A stretch of 64,000 bases of DNA from a virus. This document shows, piece by piece, positions 9,601-18,432 of the stretch. A model generated the notes under the pieces. It saw only the letters and a program-made list of their open reading frames with translations, had not been told where the DNA came from and made no database searches. The stretch covers positions 1 to 64,000 of the IMG/VR virus record IMGVR_UViG_3300010392_000664. The stretch is one strand, 5' to 3'. A program made the translations under genes and the position numbers. The stretch's first letter is position 1; every line of letters begins with the position of its first letter.

Positions 9601-10554
9601 TCATCCATCAATGGCATGTAGCACTCGACAACGAACACCGGAACTCGTATCCCGCTTGTCCATTTCTCGTATAACAAAATCACGAAACTGCAGGGAGTCT
9701 CCTCCTAAAGATTGCAACTCTTCCAACAGATCCCTTGCGGATATGTCATCTTGTCTATTCGTTCTTTCCAAATGACGATCCACAAACTTATCGTCATCTG
9801 TAGACAATGGTATAGGTTCTATCAAGCCTGTGGAATATAAAATTCCTACTTGAGGAACATAATCAACCTCATCAATCTTCCTACGCATCAAAGTCCCGGT
9901 ATTTATTATATCAATCCCTTCAGGAAGTCTTACATGAAATCCCTTATGATTGTCACCGAAAACTGCTGCGTCATATCCGGCTATTGCACGGCGATACTTG
10001 GCCACCCGTTGTTCCTTTGGAGCATTCGGGTAACCAAACCCGTCCTTCCAAATGTATGAATGAATGACGGCAAGATGAACATCTCTTGAATCTTTTTCCG
10101 ACTTCAATGGTTTAATATCTGATCCCCAAGGAAACGGAAACAGTACTAGGCCGTTACTTTTTTCCTTGCCCTCATGCCGCACTAAAAAGTCACCCTTTTC
10201 GATTTCCTTCAAAACACCACATTGAACCAAGGTCCAATAAGCCGACCGTTCGATTTCTCCCATGTTATGATTCGGAAGATCATGCTGTCCTGGTATGGCG
10301 TACATTTCAGGCAAATTATCAACCGCGAAATTGATTAACTCCGCAGGTGAATTCCACCTGTCAAAAACATCACCAGCACAGATGATCGGTAACTTACAAT
10401 TAAACTGTTGATGTGCAATGAAACGTAATTCATCAAGAACACGCTTCATTGCTTCATACCAACTTTCCTCAGCAGTTCGTGCTACCGGACATTTGTGACT
10501 GAGATGAATGTCCGAGCACAGAACTGCTAAAGGGATTCCTTTTTGTTTTGCCAT
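9601..10554 (-). CDS. SbcD/Mre11-like metallophosphoesterase nuclease
   Basis: SDIH, AGDVFD, PGQHD, GDNH motifs. Confidence 0.9.
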   Translation of the reverse strand: MAKQKGIPLAVLCSDIHLSHKCPVARTAEESWYEAMKRVLDELRFIAHQQFNCKLPIICAGDVFDRWNSPAELINFAVDNLPEMYAIPGQHDLPNHNMGEIERSAYWTLVQCGVLKEIEKGDFLVRHEGKEKSNGLVLFPFPWGSDIKPLKSEKDSRDVHLAVIHSYIWKDGFGYPNAPKEQRVAKYRRAIAGYDAAVFGDNHKGFHVRLPEGIDIINTGTLMRRKIDEVDYVPQVGILYSTGLIEPIPLSTDDDKFVDRHLERTNRQDDISARDLLEELQSLGGDSLQFRDFVIREMDKRDTSSGVRCRVLHAIDG

Positions 10555-10564
10555 TTTATGCCGT

Positions 10565-10765
10565 TTAAATTATTTCTTCTCTTTCCAAGAACCACTTCTC
10601 GATACTCATCGGCCCACGATAGCCGTTTTTGAAATCCTCGTCATTGTCTTCAACTAAGCTCCAGGGAATCCAGTGCTCTTCTCCATCTTCAGTCATGATC
10701 TTGACAGCTTTATCCTTCTGATAAAGAATCTCGACTTCCTGAATCTCGTGATACTCCTTCGGCAT
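10565..10765 (-). CDS. small phage hypothetical protein
   Basis: KAV...WIPWS...IEKWF pattern. Confidence 0.6.
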   Translation of the reverse strand: MPKEYHEIQEVEILYQKDKAVKIMTEDGEEHWIPWSLVEDNDEDFKNGYRGPMSIEKWFLEREEII

Positions 10766-11066
10766 TTTCCCTCTCCCAATTTTCTTCGAAAAAGTAAAGT
10801 GTGCCAGATATTGGGCTACTGAATGAATGCCGAAAAACCCTGCCTACAGGAATGCCGTTACCGACGACCTCCCGTTTTTCTAACCAGATCAAACAAACGG
10901 CATTCATGATAAGTTCATCATGCCTTTGAAAATCAAGCAACCGATCTTCTGTCCACGGCTCATTGCAATACAAGTAAGCTGGGAGGCTTTTTGACAAACC
11001 TTCTCTGTTGACGAAAACGGATCTCTCTAATTTAGTCCCAGGAACAGGAATGTACGTCATGATCAC
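10710..11066 (-). CDS. hypothetical protein
   Basis: AGGTG SD; operon context. Confidence 0.55.
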   Translation of the reverse strand: MIMTYIPVPGTKLERSVFVNREGLSKSLPAYLYCNEPWTEDRLLDFQRHDELIMNAVCLIWLEKREVVGNGIPVGRVFRHSFSSPISGTLYFFEENWERENAEGVSRDSGSRDSLSEG

Positions 11067-11077
11067 CTAATTCTAAA

Positions 11078-11208
11078 TGGCGGTCCCGCAGGGGATTTGA
11101 ACCCCATATCACCCTCTGCAAGGTTTACTGCAACTGAGCTATCTTCGTATTCACCCAGTTGTGTGCATTATTGAGTCTGGGGCAGGAAGACTCGCAGCAC
11201 GCAGGACC
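11078..11208 (-). ncRNA. 131-nt tRNA-like RNA with expanded arms and encoded CCA
   Basis: 8-bp acceptor GGUCCUGC/GCGGGACC followed by G-CCA; T-arm GGGG-UUCAAAU-CCCC; three internal hairpins; exactly intergenic. Confidence 0.75.
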
Positions 11209-11216
11209 GTGTTTTG

Positions 11217-11492
11217 TTATCTCAAATAAGATCTGCCCAAGTACCGCCCTCGACGATTGAAATGATACAACGACCGTTTTCTTTTGAACGACCGACCAGC
11301 ATAACGATTCCGCCTATTGAAATGATACAACGACCGTTTCCGATTTACCGATTGCCCGATATACGAATTCCTCCTATTGAAATGACGAATCCTTCCTGAT
11401 TTTCCCCAAGCCTTATCCGGATCCCCCCAACCATCGGCATAGGATTCAGTTGCCATCAAAATGAGAATGAAAAAAATAGCAAAACCTCTCAT
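11217..11492 (-). CDS. secreted, highly basic protein with three 20-aa repeats
   Basis: GGAGGTG SD; signal peptide MRGFAIFFILILMATESYA; repeats of HFNRR.xY.G.S. Confidence 0.7.
   Translation of the reverse strand: MRGFAIFFILILMATESYADGWGDPDKAWGKSGRIRHFNRRNSYIGQSVNRKRSLYHFNRRNRYAGRSFKRKRSLYHFNRRGRYLGRSYLR
11221..11390. repeat. three 60-bp tandem coding repeats
   Basis: ATTGAAATGA recurs with a 60-bp period; conserved at the amino-acid level. Confidence 0.8.
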
Positions 11493-12646
11493 GAGTTCAC
11501 CTCCATCGGTTTTCCGCAAACCGGACATCCGTCTTTTAGATAATCAGAATACTTCCTATTCAACTCTGCAAGACGATTACTTCTGGAACCCACTAAACTG
11601 GTCCCAGATTTGATTCTGTTCAAAAGATCAATAAGTCCCTGCTTTTTTCTTTCCAAATCAGTATAGTGTGCAACCATATCAGACAGGGCTTTGATTTTTG
11701 GAAATTTTAGAGAAATTATTGAATTCAACTTAACAACTTCCGCTAAGTTGCACTCAAGATCATTTACCGATTTTTGAGTTAGTTTTATCACTCCCCCAAC
11801 AGTCAATGTAGCATTCAACGCATTAATGCAAGGTTCCCTGACTTGAATGACTTGAAATGCTTTATTTACACCATCAATAGTTTTCTGCAAAGACAGAATA
11901 CCTTTCTGCCCCTCTGCAGCCCGTGCACCGACGGTGACTACTGATTTCACAAGGCCGTGCATATAAGTATGGTACTCATGCTTTTCAGAAAACACCCGTA
12001 TGCTATTCAAATTAGAGGTGAGCTTTTCAACCTGACCTCTTTTCTGAATTATTTCAGCATTCAACTTTTCTGCTCGTTTAAGTTGAATGTCGGCATCCTC
12101 TACCCACTTAAGCTCTTTAACTTTTAGCTTGGCCTCTTTTAATCTCTCACGATTTATTTCTGATTCTTTTTTCAGATTGTTGACGGTTTTCAGTATTGAT
12201 GAAAGAGACTCATCAATGATTCCAAGATCAACAACTGAATTTAGACGACGGGATACCTCGCCCGCCGTTTCCGAAAACCAGTACACAGCATCGTGCTGAT
12301 TTTGAAAATTAATGTCATTAACATTCAGAACAGCATCAATCGTGTCAGGAACATTTGTTCCAAATGAAACGTATTTCTCAGCATCCAATTTATAGGCATT
12401 GATGGTTTTGCCCCGCCGTCTTTCAATGATAACATCATCAACAAACAGCTTGACAATCGTACCGGACGTTCCATGTCGTATGAATTCCTGCCCTTGAGGA
12501 TGATTCCTGCACACCCATCTCAAAGCCCTAATAACCGCCGACTTGCCCACATCCGACGGACCTACGATCACCGTAAGTCTGGGATCAAATTCGATCTTCA
12601 GCTTACTGTGAGCTTGAAAATTTTGAATCAGAAGTTTTTCAAACAT
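11489..12646 (-). CDS. SbcC/Rad50-like ATPase, N-terminal half ending in the zinc hook
   Basis: IQNFQAH, Walker A GPSDVGKS, Q-loop FQNQHD, long coiled coil, terminal CPVCG. Confidence 0.88.
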   Translation of the reverse strand: MFEKLLIQNFQAHSKLKIEFDPRLTVIVGPSDVGKSAVIRALRWVCRNHPQGQEFIRHGTSGTIVKLFVDDVIIERRRGKTINAYKLDAEKYVSFGTNVPDTIDAVLNVNDINFQNQHDAVYWFSETAGEVSRRLNSVVDLGIIDESLSSILKTVNNLKKESEINRERLKEAKLKVKELKWVEDADIQLKRAEKLNAEIIQKRGQVEKLTSNLNSIRVFSEKHEYHTYMHGLVKSVVTVGARAAEGQKGILSLQKTIDGVNKAFQVIQVREPCINALNATLTVGGVIKLTQKSVNDLECNLAEVVKLNSIISLKFPKIKALSDMVAHYTDLERKKQGLIDLLNRIKSGTSLVGSRSNRLAELNRKYSDYLKDGCPVCGKPMEVNS

Positions 12647-12825
12647 TATTTATCATCACCAGATTTTTGCGTTGCATACAACCTAAACCCCTGGGCTATT
12701 GCAAGAATAAAATACAGTAACAGGGTAAATAACCATAAATCATGAACGCTTTCGTTGAGTAGATTGACAGCCTTAATAATTTCATCAAATTGCTTAACTA
12801 TAATTTCAATTTGATCTTCCGTCAT
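12646..12825 (-). CDS. small membrane protein
   Basis: Single hydrophobic helix LWLFTLLLYFILAIA. Confidence 0.5.
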   Translation of the reverse strand: MTEDQIEIIVKQFDEIIKAVNLLNESVHDLWLFTLLLYFILAIAQGFRLYATQKSGDDK

Positions 12826-13289
12826 GCCATCCCCAATTCTGTTTGAACAAGATCCAACAGCCACAAAGCATCTGCGTGATTGTCATCTATAATTTCTATC
12901 CCAGGCCACTTGTTTTCCGCCGCCTGTATCATCCTGGCTTTGCTTCGTTTTCCCTTAGTGTTCTTCAAGGCATGGTTTTTTATAGATGCTGAATGGCGGG
13001 TAGTTATTTCGATCCCTTTATCCGCAGCAATTTCTTCAGTACATGAAATAAAACCGTAGGCCAGTTTAGTGGCATGACCTCCCCTATGATGTGCCTGCTC
13101 GTAAGCAATAACATCCGTGTGCGACATCTCCAAAACCCAACGAAGCCATGCCTTGTAATTCAACCAAAGCATGCCAGGAGATTCACCACGTCTCTTTTTG
13201 AAATCCTGCATACCGGATGGTCCGTCAGAATGAGCCCACCCGGTTTTCAGGGCGAGATCCAAGGCAAGGATTTCAACATTGCCACTCAT
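12822..13289 (-). CDS. RuvC-like Holliday junction resolvase
   Basis: ILALDLA..TGWA, IAYEQ, DDNHADAL catalytic pattern. Confidence 0.82.
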   Translation of the reverse strand: MSGNVEILALDLALKTGWAHSDGPSGMQDFKKRRGESPGMLWLNYKAWLRWVLEMSHTDVIAYEQAHHRGGHATKLAYGFISCTEEIAADKGIEITTRHSASIKNHALKNTKGKRSKARMIQAAENKWPGIEIIDDNHADALWLLDLVQTELGMA

Positions 13290-14155
13290 ACATCAAATCC
13301 TTGCTTAATCAATTTATCCTTTTTTGCAGCCCTCGACGAACGACGGCTTGTTCTGATTCCCAAGGCTTCATGAACTTTCCGAATTTTCTTTTCAGTTACA
13401 TCATCTTTTTTAATCGGAGGAACCCTTATCCCAGGGAATGGTAGTTCAACGATAGGCAAATTTTTATGCATCAACCCGATATTTTTTTGAATATCTTCGT
13501 ATTTCTTGCCCTTCGTCAACTCTCCAGACAGATACCTTGCCGCCGTGACCTCACCTACGCCCCGTATACCGGCCACGTCGTCCGATTTACAACCCGCCAA
13601 GGCTTTTACCGAAGGCCATTGGCACGGCTCTATACCCCAAGTCTTGCGGAATACGTCAATATTAATGCATGCCTTTGTTGTAGGATTGAAATGCATCACA
13701 TTATTGCGAATGCACTGATACATATCCTGATCTGAGGAAACAATAATCGCTGTTTTGCTTTCCGGAATACGATTAACCGCCTCCGCTATTATGTCATCTC
13801 CTTCGTACCCGGCAACTCGGAAATTATTTTTGAATCCCATTCCAGGCAAGTACTCATCCTTCAAGGAATCTACCTGATCATGCAGCAACTTAACTGCATC
13901 CAATTCTTCCGGCGACAGTTCCTTTGAATAGCGAGTCTTTTTATAGTTTGGATAAATTTCCCGGCGTAGGCTTTTCCCCCTGTCATCGAACGCCATTACA
14001 GAAAATTTGGCGTCATGGAGATTGACTAATTCAAGAATGGTGTGCAGAACACCATAGGCAACACCAGTAGGAATGCCCTGATACTCAAGCCCACCGGTGG
14101 TGTGCCACGACCGGTGGGCTAAGTAATTGACATCAAACAAAAGAATGTCAGCCAT
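13286..14155 (-). CDS. 5'-3' exonuclease (PolI N-terminal / FEN-like)
   Basis: LLFDVNYLAHR, RREIYPNYK, YEGDDII, SSDQD, GCKSDDVAGIRGVG H3TH motif; start moved to MADILL. Confidence 0.92.
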   Translation of the reverse strand: MADILLFDVNYLAHRSWHTTGGLEYQGIPTGVAYGVLHTILELVNLHDAKFSVMAFDDRGKSLRREIYPNYKKTRYSKELSPEELDAVKLLHDQVDSLKDEYLPGMGFKNNFRVAGYEGDDIIAEAVNRIPESKTAIIVSSDQDMYQCIRNNVMHFNPTTKACINIDVFRKTWGIEPCQWPSVKALAGCKSDDVAGIRGVGEVTAARYLSGELTKGKKYEDIQKNIGLMHKNLPIVELPFPGIRVPPIKKDDVTEKKIRKVHEALGIRTSRRSSRAAKKDKLIKQGFDV

Positions 14156-14330
14156 TGATGCTCTTCTCTTGTTCCATAATAGCTTGATGCACCTCTTCAC
14201 GATGCACTGGCACTTCTTTCGGTGCCTGAATACCCAACCGAACCTTATCCCCGCGAATCTCGACAATTGTAATCACGATGTTTTCATTGATGACAACACT
14301 CTCATTCCTCTTCCGTGAAAGAACTAACAT
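14148..14330 (-). CDS. csrA: carbon storage regulator CsrA/RsmA
   Basis: MLVLSRK.NES.VI...VRLGI.APKEVPVHREEV canonical sequence. Confidence 0.95.
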   Translation of the reverse strand: MLVLSRKRNESVVINENIVITIVEIRGDKVRLGIQAPKEVPVHREEVHQAIMEQEKSING

Positions 14331-14345
14331 TGAAATCGCCTCCCT

Positions 14346-15434
14346 TTAAGAATACTTTGGTTTACGAACTACCTCACATTTCTCCTCAATTTCTTTCCAG
14401 ACATCAGTAACTAATTGCACAAGATCCGGTTCTAGGTCATTGCTGTTTATGTGCTGAACAAGTTGTTCCTTTCTCCCCTTGAAATCAAAATCCTTCGCAT
14501 TGATTTGAGCACCGGGTTTCCAATACCCTTCTTCCAGTAAAAAATTGACATTTGCTTCAACATCATCAAAACCCACACTGTAATAAATAGGAACCCTTAC
14601 CAGTCGATCCCTGCCCGTTCCACGATTTTTCTTAATTCGAATCAGGACTTCTGTTCCGATTTTTCGTTTTGTTCCGCGAACAGTTCTGTCAATTTTATTG
14701 CCAACCGACATCCACATTTCGGACATGGCATAAAACGTCAATGCCTTGCCACCTGAACGTGTTTTTTTGCTCTCAAATAAACCAGCATTGATGTTATCAC
14801 GAGTCTGATTGACCACCACCATGATGCTCCCGGTATCCCGAAGCAAGGAAACTACCTGCCTCATGCCAGAGGAGTTGATCTTCGCCTTACCATCCCCATA
14901 ATCACCTTTGGCTTGTGTTCCTTTTCGGTTTGCTGTTTTCTTCTCATCAAATTTCTTGCCCTCATAATCACTGGACAGGCCATCCATACTGTCTTCAATC
15001 CAAATGCACGGATCATTACTAATCAAACGGTCATGTGCATTGAAGTAAAAGTCTTCGACAGTGTCACTATATATCGGATCTCCGTCTTCGTCGAATGCAG
15101 GTGGTTCAATTCGATCCGCCAATTTTTGACCAAAGTATTTCGCAGTATCCATCAAAACGCCACGTTCCACATCATCATAAACCAATTTATAGTCATCAAA
15201 ATGTTTATTGAGTGTGGCTTCAGCAAGGATCATTCTACTGAGGAATGACTTACCTGATGATGAATCTCCAACGAGGAAGTAGTACATCCCTTTGACAAGC
15301 CCGCCATAGGGAGTCCCGGTCAATGCTAAGTTGAGCAGTGTGATGCCAGTGCTCAGCATATCCTCTTTTTCAAAGATAGATTTCGTCACCATCTTTTTAC
15401 TTAACTCTGCTTTAATTGTGTCAATGTTTGACAT
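14346..15434 (-). CDS. RecA/UvsX-like recombinase
   Basis: STG...LN.AL.G..GG, Walker A GDSSSGKS, IEDS, NQTRD, SGGKALTFYA. Confidence 0.88.
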   Translation of the reverse strand: MSNIDTIKAELSKKMVTKSIFEKEDMLSTGITLLNLALTGTPYGGLVKGMYYFLVGDSSSGKSFLSRMILAEATLNKHFDDYKLVYDDVERGVLMDTAKYFGQKLADRIEPPAFDEDGDPIYSDTVEDFYFNAHDRLISNDPCIWIEDSMDGLSSDYEGKKFDEKKTANRKGTQAKGDYGDGKAKINSSGMRQVVSLLRDTGSIMVVVNQTRDNINAGLFESKKTRSGGKALTFYAMSEMWMSVGNKIDRTVRGTKRKIGTEVLIRIKKNRGTGRDRLVRVPIYYSVGFDDVEANVNFLLEEGYWKPGAQINAKDFDFKGRKEQLVQHINSNDLEPDLVQLVTDVWKEIEEKCEVVRKPKYS

Positions 15435-15443
15435 AAATATATA

Positions 15444-15560
15444 CCAGTGAGGCCGGTGGAAGGAAAAATCAAAAACCACCGACCCCACTGGCCCCGAAAG
15501 GCGACGAATCGGCCCGAAACAGCAGGTAACCAGCCCGCTACCGATCCATCACACAACCCG
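15444..15560 (-). promoter_or_regulatory. structured intergenic RNA with a 16-bp hairpin just upstream of the recA-like start
   Basis: Arms 15444-15459 and 15476-15491 pair with G-U wobbles on the minus strand; additional UUCG hairpin and stems upstream. Confidence 0.55.
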
Positions 15561-15564
15561 CTCA

Positions 15565-16737
15565 TTAATCCCAGTCTTCATCCCATTCATCTCCCCCACC
15601 TTCCTTGGTGTCAGAATCATCCTCATCATTTCCATCGAATGGAGGCTGGGCTTCATCATCCTGATCACCAACAACCACGACTTCGTCAGGGCCAATAGCC
15701 TTCTCGATTTCGTCATCATCAGACATCAACGTCAACGAAGTTCCATCCCCGCTGACTTTCACAACAGTCCATTCTTGTGATTTATACTTCACCCGACTGT
15801 CTTTTTCAATACCATAATCTTCGGCAACCGGTTCAGCTTTCTTTTCTTTTTTCGGTTTCGGTTTTGGCTTTGGCTTTTCTTCCAATTCCGGTTCCGTTTC
15901 AGTATCATCATCAGGTTCGTCGTCGTTTTCAGGCTCCTCCTTTTTGGCCTTTCTTCCACGACCCTTATCCGAAGATTCCCCACCACCTCTTTCATCCAAC
16001 GGAACACCAAGATAGATATTCTTCAATTCCTCGTAGGAAGTCTCGACAAGCAAATCATCAAGGCAAACGCCATGATTCACAATATCATCCGGAAGCGGAT
16101 CCCGGCGAGGAGAAAAGTCGATGGCTGAGGCAGAGAAACCATATGGTTTATTCTCCGACATAGTCAACCGAAGGATCATTCCATCTTCATCAGCAAAGTA
16201 GAACAGATCCCAGCCATCCTCCTCTTCCGACTTGTCGATCCGGTCATCCAACAACTTGCCGAATTGATGGTAACTGAAATCCCATAACTGCAAGCCGTCT
16301 GATGGGTTGTCATGATCATAGATCAAAAACAGTTGCCTTTCCTTTGGCGACAGAGCTTTGATGGTTTTCTTCAGCTCTTCCTTTTCCTGCTCAGTAGATG
16401 CTGTCGAGTTTTCAGTGATGCGGGCCAACTCTTCCTTGATGAAGTCTGGCTTACCAAATGTCTTATGGGAACAAATGTAAGTCTTTTCTTCGATTCCGAC
16501 ATTACGATAAACCCAATAGGTTCTCTCGTAATACAAATCCCCAGGATCACATTCCGGATTTCCCTTTCCGGCGACATAGGGAATGATTGAAATTCTGTTC
16601 ACATCACTGTATTTCCAGAACTTCATTCCATCAGGGATTCTGATGGATGTCGTAGAAAACCCACTCTTGTGCGTTTCTGCCCGACGGCGTGCCAGTGATC
16701 TCTTTTTCCTTCGTTCTTTTGCTTTAGCTTTGCTCAC
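15565..16737 (-). CDS. single-stranded DNA-binding protein (gp32-like) with acidic tail
   Basis: YICSHKTFGKPD, aromatic-rich core, long acidic C-terminus ending DEWDEDWD; adjacent to the recA-like gene. Confidence 0.7.
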   Translation of the reverse strand: MSKAKAKERRKKRSLARRRAETHKSGFSTTSIRIPDGMKFWKYSDVNRISIIPYVAGKGNPECDPGDLYYERTYWVYRNVGIEEKTYICSHKTFGKPDFIKEELARITENSTASTEQEKEELKKTIKALSPKERQLFLIYDHDNPSDGLQLWDFSYHQFGKLLDDRIDKSEEEDGWDLFYFADEDGMILRLTMSENKPYGFSASAIDFSPRRDPLPDDIVNHGVCLDDLLVETSYEELKNIYLGVPLDERGGGESSDKGRGRKAKKEEPENDDEPDDDTETEPELEEKPKPKPKPKKEKKAEPVAEDYGIEKDSRVKYKSQEWTVVKVSGDGTSLTLMSDDDEIEKAIGPDEVVVVGDQDDEAQPPFDGNDEDDSDTKEGGGDEWDEDWD

Positions 16738-16945
16738 TGCCGTTTTGTCCTTTCAAATTTTTAATTAATGGGTTGCCTTCAAAAACTTTATGCAACTCGT
16801 TGACGTATTCTTTTCTTGCTGAGTAGTACCCACCAAAACTGGCCCTGGTTATCTGAAATGCTCCGATAGGAATGATTATCCACAAAAACCCAACGAAAAA
16901 AAGAACATCAGCAACGGACCAATCTAAAAACACACTAGGGCTCAT
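16724..16945 (-). CDS. small membrane protein
   Basis: One hydrophobic helix. Confidence 0.5.
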   Translation of the reverse strand: MSPSVFLDWSVADVLFFVGFLWIIIPIGAFQITRASFGGYYSARKEYVNELHKVFEGNPLIKNLKGQNGSEQS

Positions 16946-17438
16946 CCTCTATCATCTCCTTTTTTTCTTTACGACGGCGTCCTCGTGACCGCACCTCCGA
17001 TCTCGACTCATCATCCATTGTTGATGGTTCATGTGGTTTTGATGTTACTTCAGAATAGTAATCCCGCACCCACAACTCGACGAGTAATGTCAAAGCACGT
17101 TTTTTATGCTCAAGAGCATTTACTGCTGCCTGATGCATTTCATACTCATAACGGGCAGCATCCCGTCGTTCTACGGCATCCTGATAATCAAGAGAAGCCA
17201 TGACAGCACTCTTGATTGTTGATTCAGTGACTTTACCTATGCCGAATTCTTCTGGACTTTGCCGGGCTAATTTCTCAACTTCAGCGTAAACCAAATCAAC
17301 ACCAGACTTTGCCTGCTGGTACTCTTTATTTGACTCTGCAGCAGCCTTTGCCCAATCGTGGAACATTGTTGCCTGATCTTCAAGTTCTTTATGAAGATTC
17401 AACGGATCAATGTCAGTTCTTAAATGAAGTTCACTCAT
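16935..17438 (-). CDS. UvsY-like helical recombination mediator (tentative)
   Basis: All-helical; IDPLNL..E..Q and TESTIKSAV pattern; next to SSB and RecA. Confidence 0.5.
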   Translation of the reverse strand: MSELHLRTDIDPLNLHKELEDQATMFHDWAKAAAESNKEYQQAKSGVDLVYAEVEKLARQSPEEFGIGKVTESTIKSAVMASLDYQDAVERRDAARYEYEMHQAAVNALEHKKRALTLLVELWVRDYYSEVTSKPHEPSTMDDESRSEVRSRGRRRKEKKEMIEDEP

Positions 17439-17489
17439 TTCCTTTTCCTTCCGATCTATTGTACACCAGCAAGTCGAAAATCTTTGTAG

Positions 17490-18422
17490 TCATTCCCCAG
17501 AAAATATATTCCAACACCGAACAGCCAATCCCGCAGATTTTGAATCATACAAATTATCACTGAATTCCTCAATGATAAGAGCTGCTCTAGCCTTCCCCTT
17601 TTTTCCAGATCCTAACAGGATCTTTCGACAATACCCCATCACAGACCACCTCACTGTTTCAACGTCATCGTCCATTTCCTGCAGAATGCCAGCTATGACA
17701 TCCCAGGTGGACTTATCCGATAAAAGTGCTCTTGCAAGATCAATGGAGTGCTTAGTTGATTCAGCAGCTTCAATAGCATCCAGTTGCCTATCGACATCAT
17801 CCATTCCGATAACGGCCTGAAGCAACACCATTGCCTTTCTGGGTGACCCTTCCGCTACAGACGCGATCTTTGCCGCCACGGTGTCGTCAACTGACCTACC
17901 CTCCTCCTCAGCTACCCCCAAAACCAAACCCGACAAATCCCGCACAGAAACCGACTTGCACTTCACTTCAGTGGATCGTGTGCGGATTGTGTTTTTAAGT
18001 TTCTCAGGGTTTGTTGTTGCCAACATAAAATAAACATGATCCGGTGGTTCTTCCAACAATTTAAGAAATGCTGACTGAGCATCACCAGTCATTGCATGGG
18101 CTTCGTCGATCAACCAAACCCTACAAGGACCGGCCATCGGTGCAGCACGAACCCTTGACTGAATGTCCCGAACCATCTCTATTCCACGATTGTTGGCTGC
18201 GTTAATCTCCACAAAGTCAAGACTGTCACATTTCAACTTACCGGCGACAATTCTTGATAGAGTTGTTTTGCCGCATCCGGACGGGCCTGTAAAAAGCAAC
18301 AGATGAGGAATACTGCCCGATTTCCCCATCGACGATAAAGTGCGGATAGCGTCTTTCTGCCCAACAACTTCCTTAAATGTCTTTGGCCTGTAACGCAAAT
18401 GTAATTCACGAACTACTGTCAT
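17490..18422 (-). CDS. clamp loader (DnaX gamma/tau-like AAA+)
   Basis: YRPKTFKEVVGQ, GPSGCGKTT, LIDEAH, FLKLLEEPP, TIRTRS. Confidence 0.92.
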   Translation of the reverse strand: MTVVRELHLRYRPKTFKEVVGQKDAIRTLSSMGKSGSIPHLLLFTGPSGCGKTTLSRIVAGKLKCDSLDFVEINAANNRGIEMVRDIQSRVRAAPMAGPCRVWLIDEAHAMTGDAQSAFLKLLEEPPDHVYFMLATTNPEKLKNTIRTRSTEVKCKSVSVRDLSGLVLGVAEEEGRSVDDTVAAKIASVAEGSPRKAMVLLQAVIGMDDVDRQLDAIEAAESTKHSIDLARALLSDKSTWDVIAGILQEMDDDVETVRWSVMGYCRKILLGSGKKGKARAALIIEEFSDNLYDSKSAGLAVRCWNIFSGE

Positions 18423-18432
18423 TTTATCTCCG

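Noticed and set aside
11221-11390. Possible mini-CRISPR array (ATTGAAAT-containing repeats, 60-bp period)
   Set aside because: The period is a multiple of 3, the would-be spacers are similar at the amino-acid level, the unit lies in a well-formed ORF with SD and signal peptide, and no cas genes are present.
15490-15560. Hammerhead-type ribozyme (GAAA motifs on the plus strand)
   Set aside because: No CUGANGA core was found, and the G-U pairing pattern favours a minus-strand structure.
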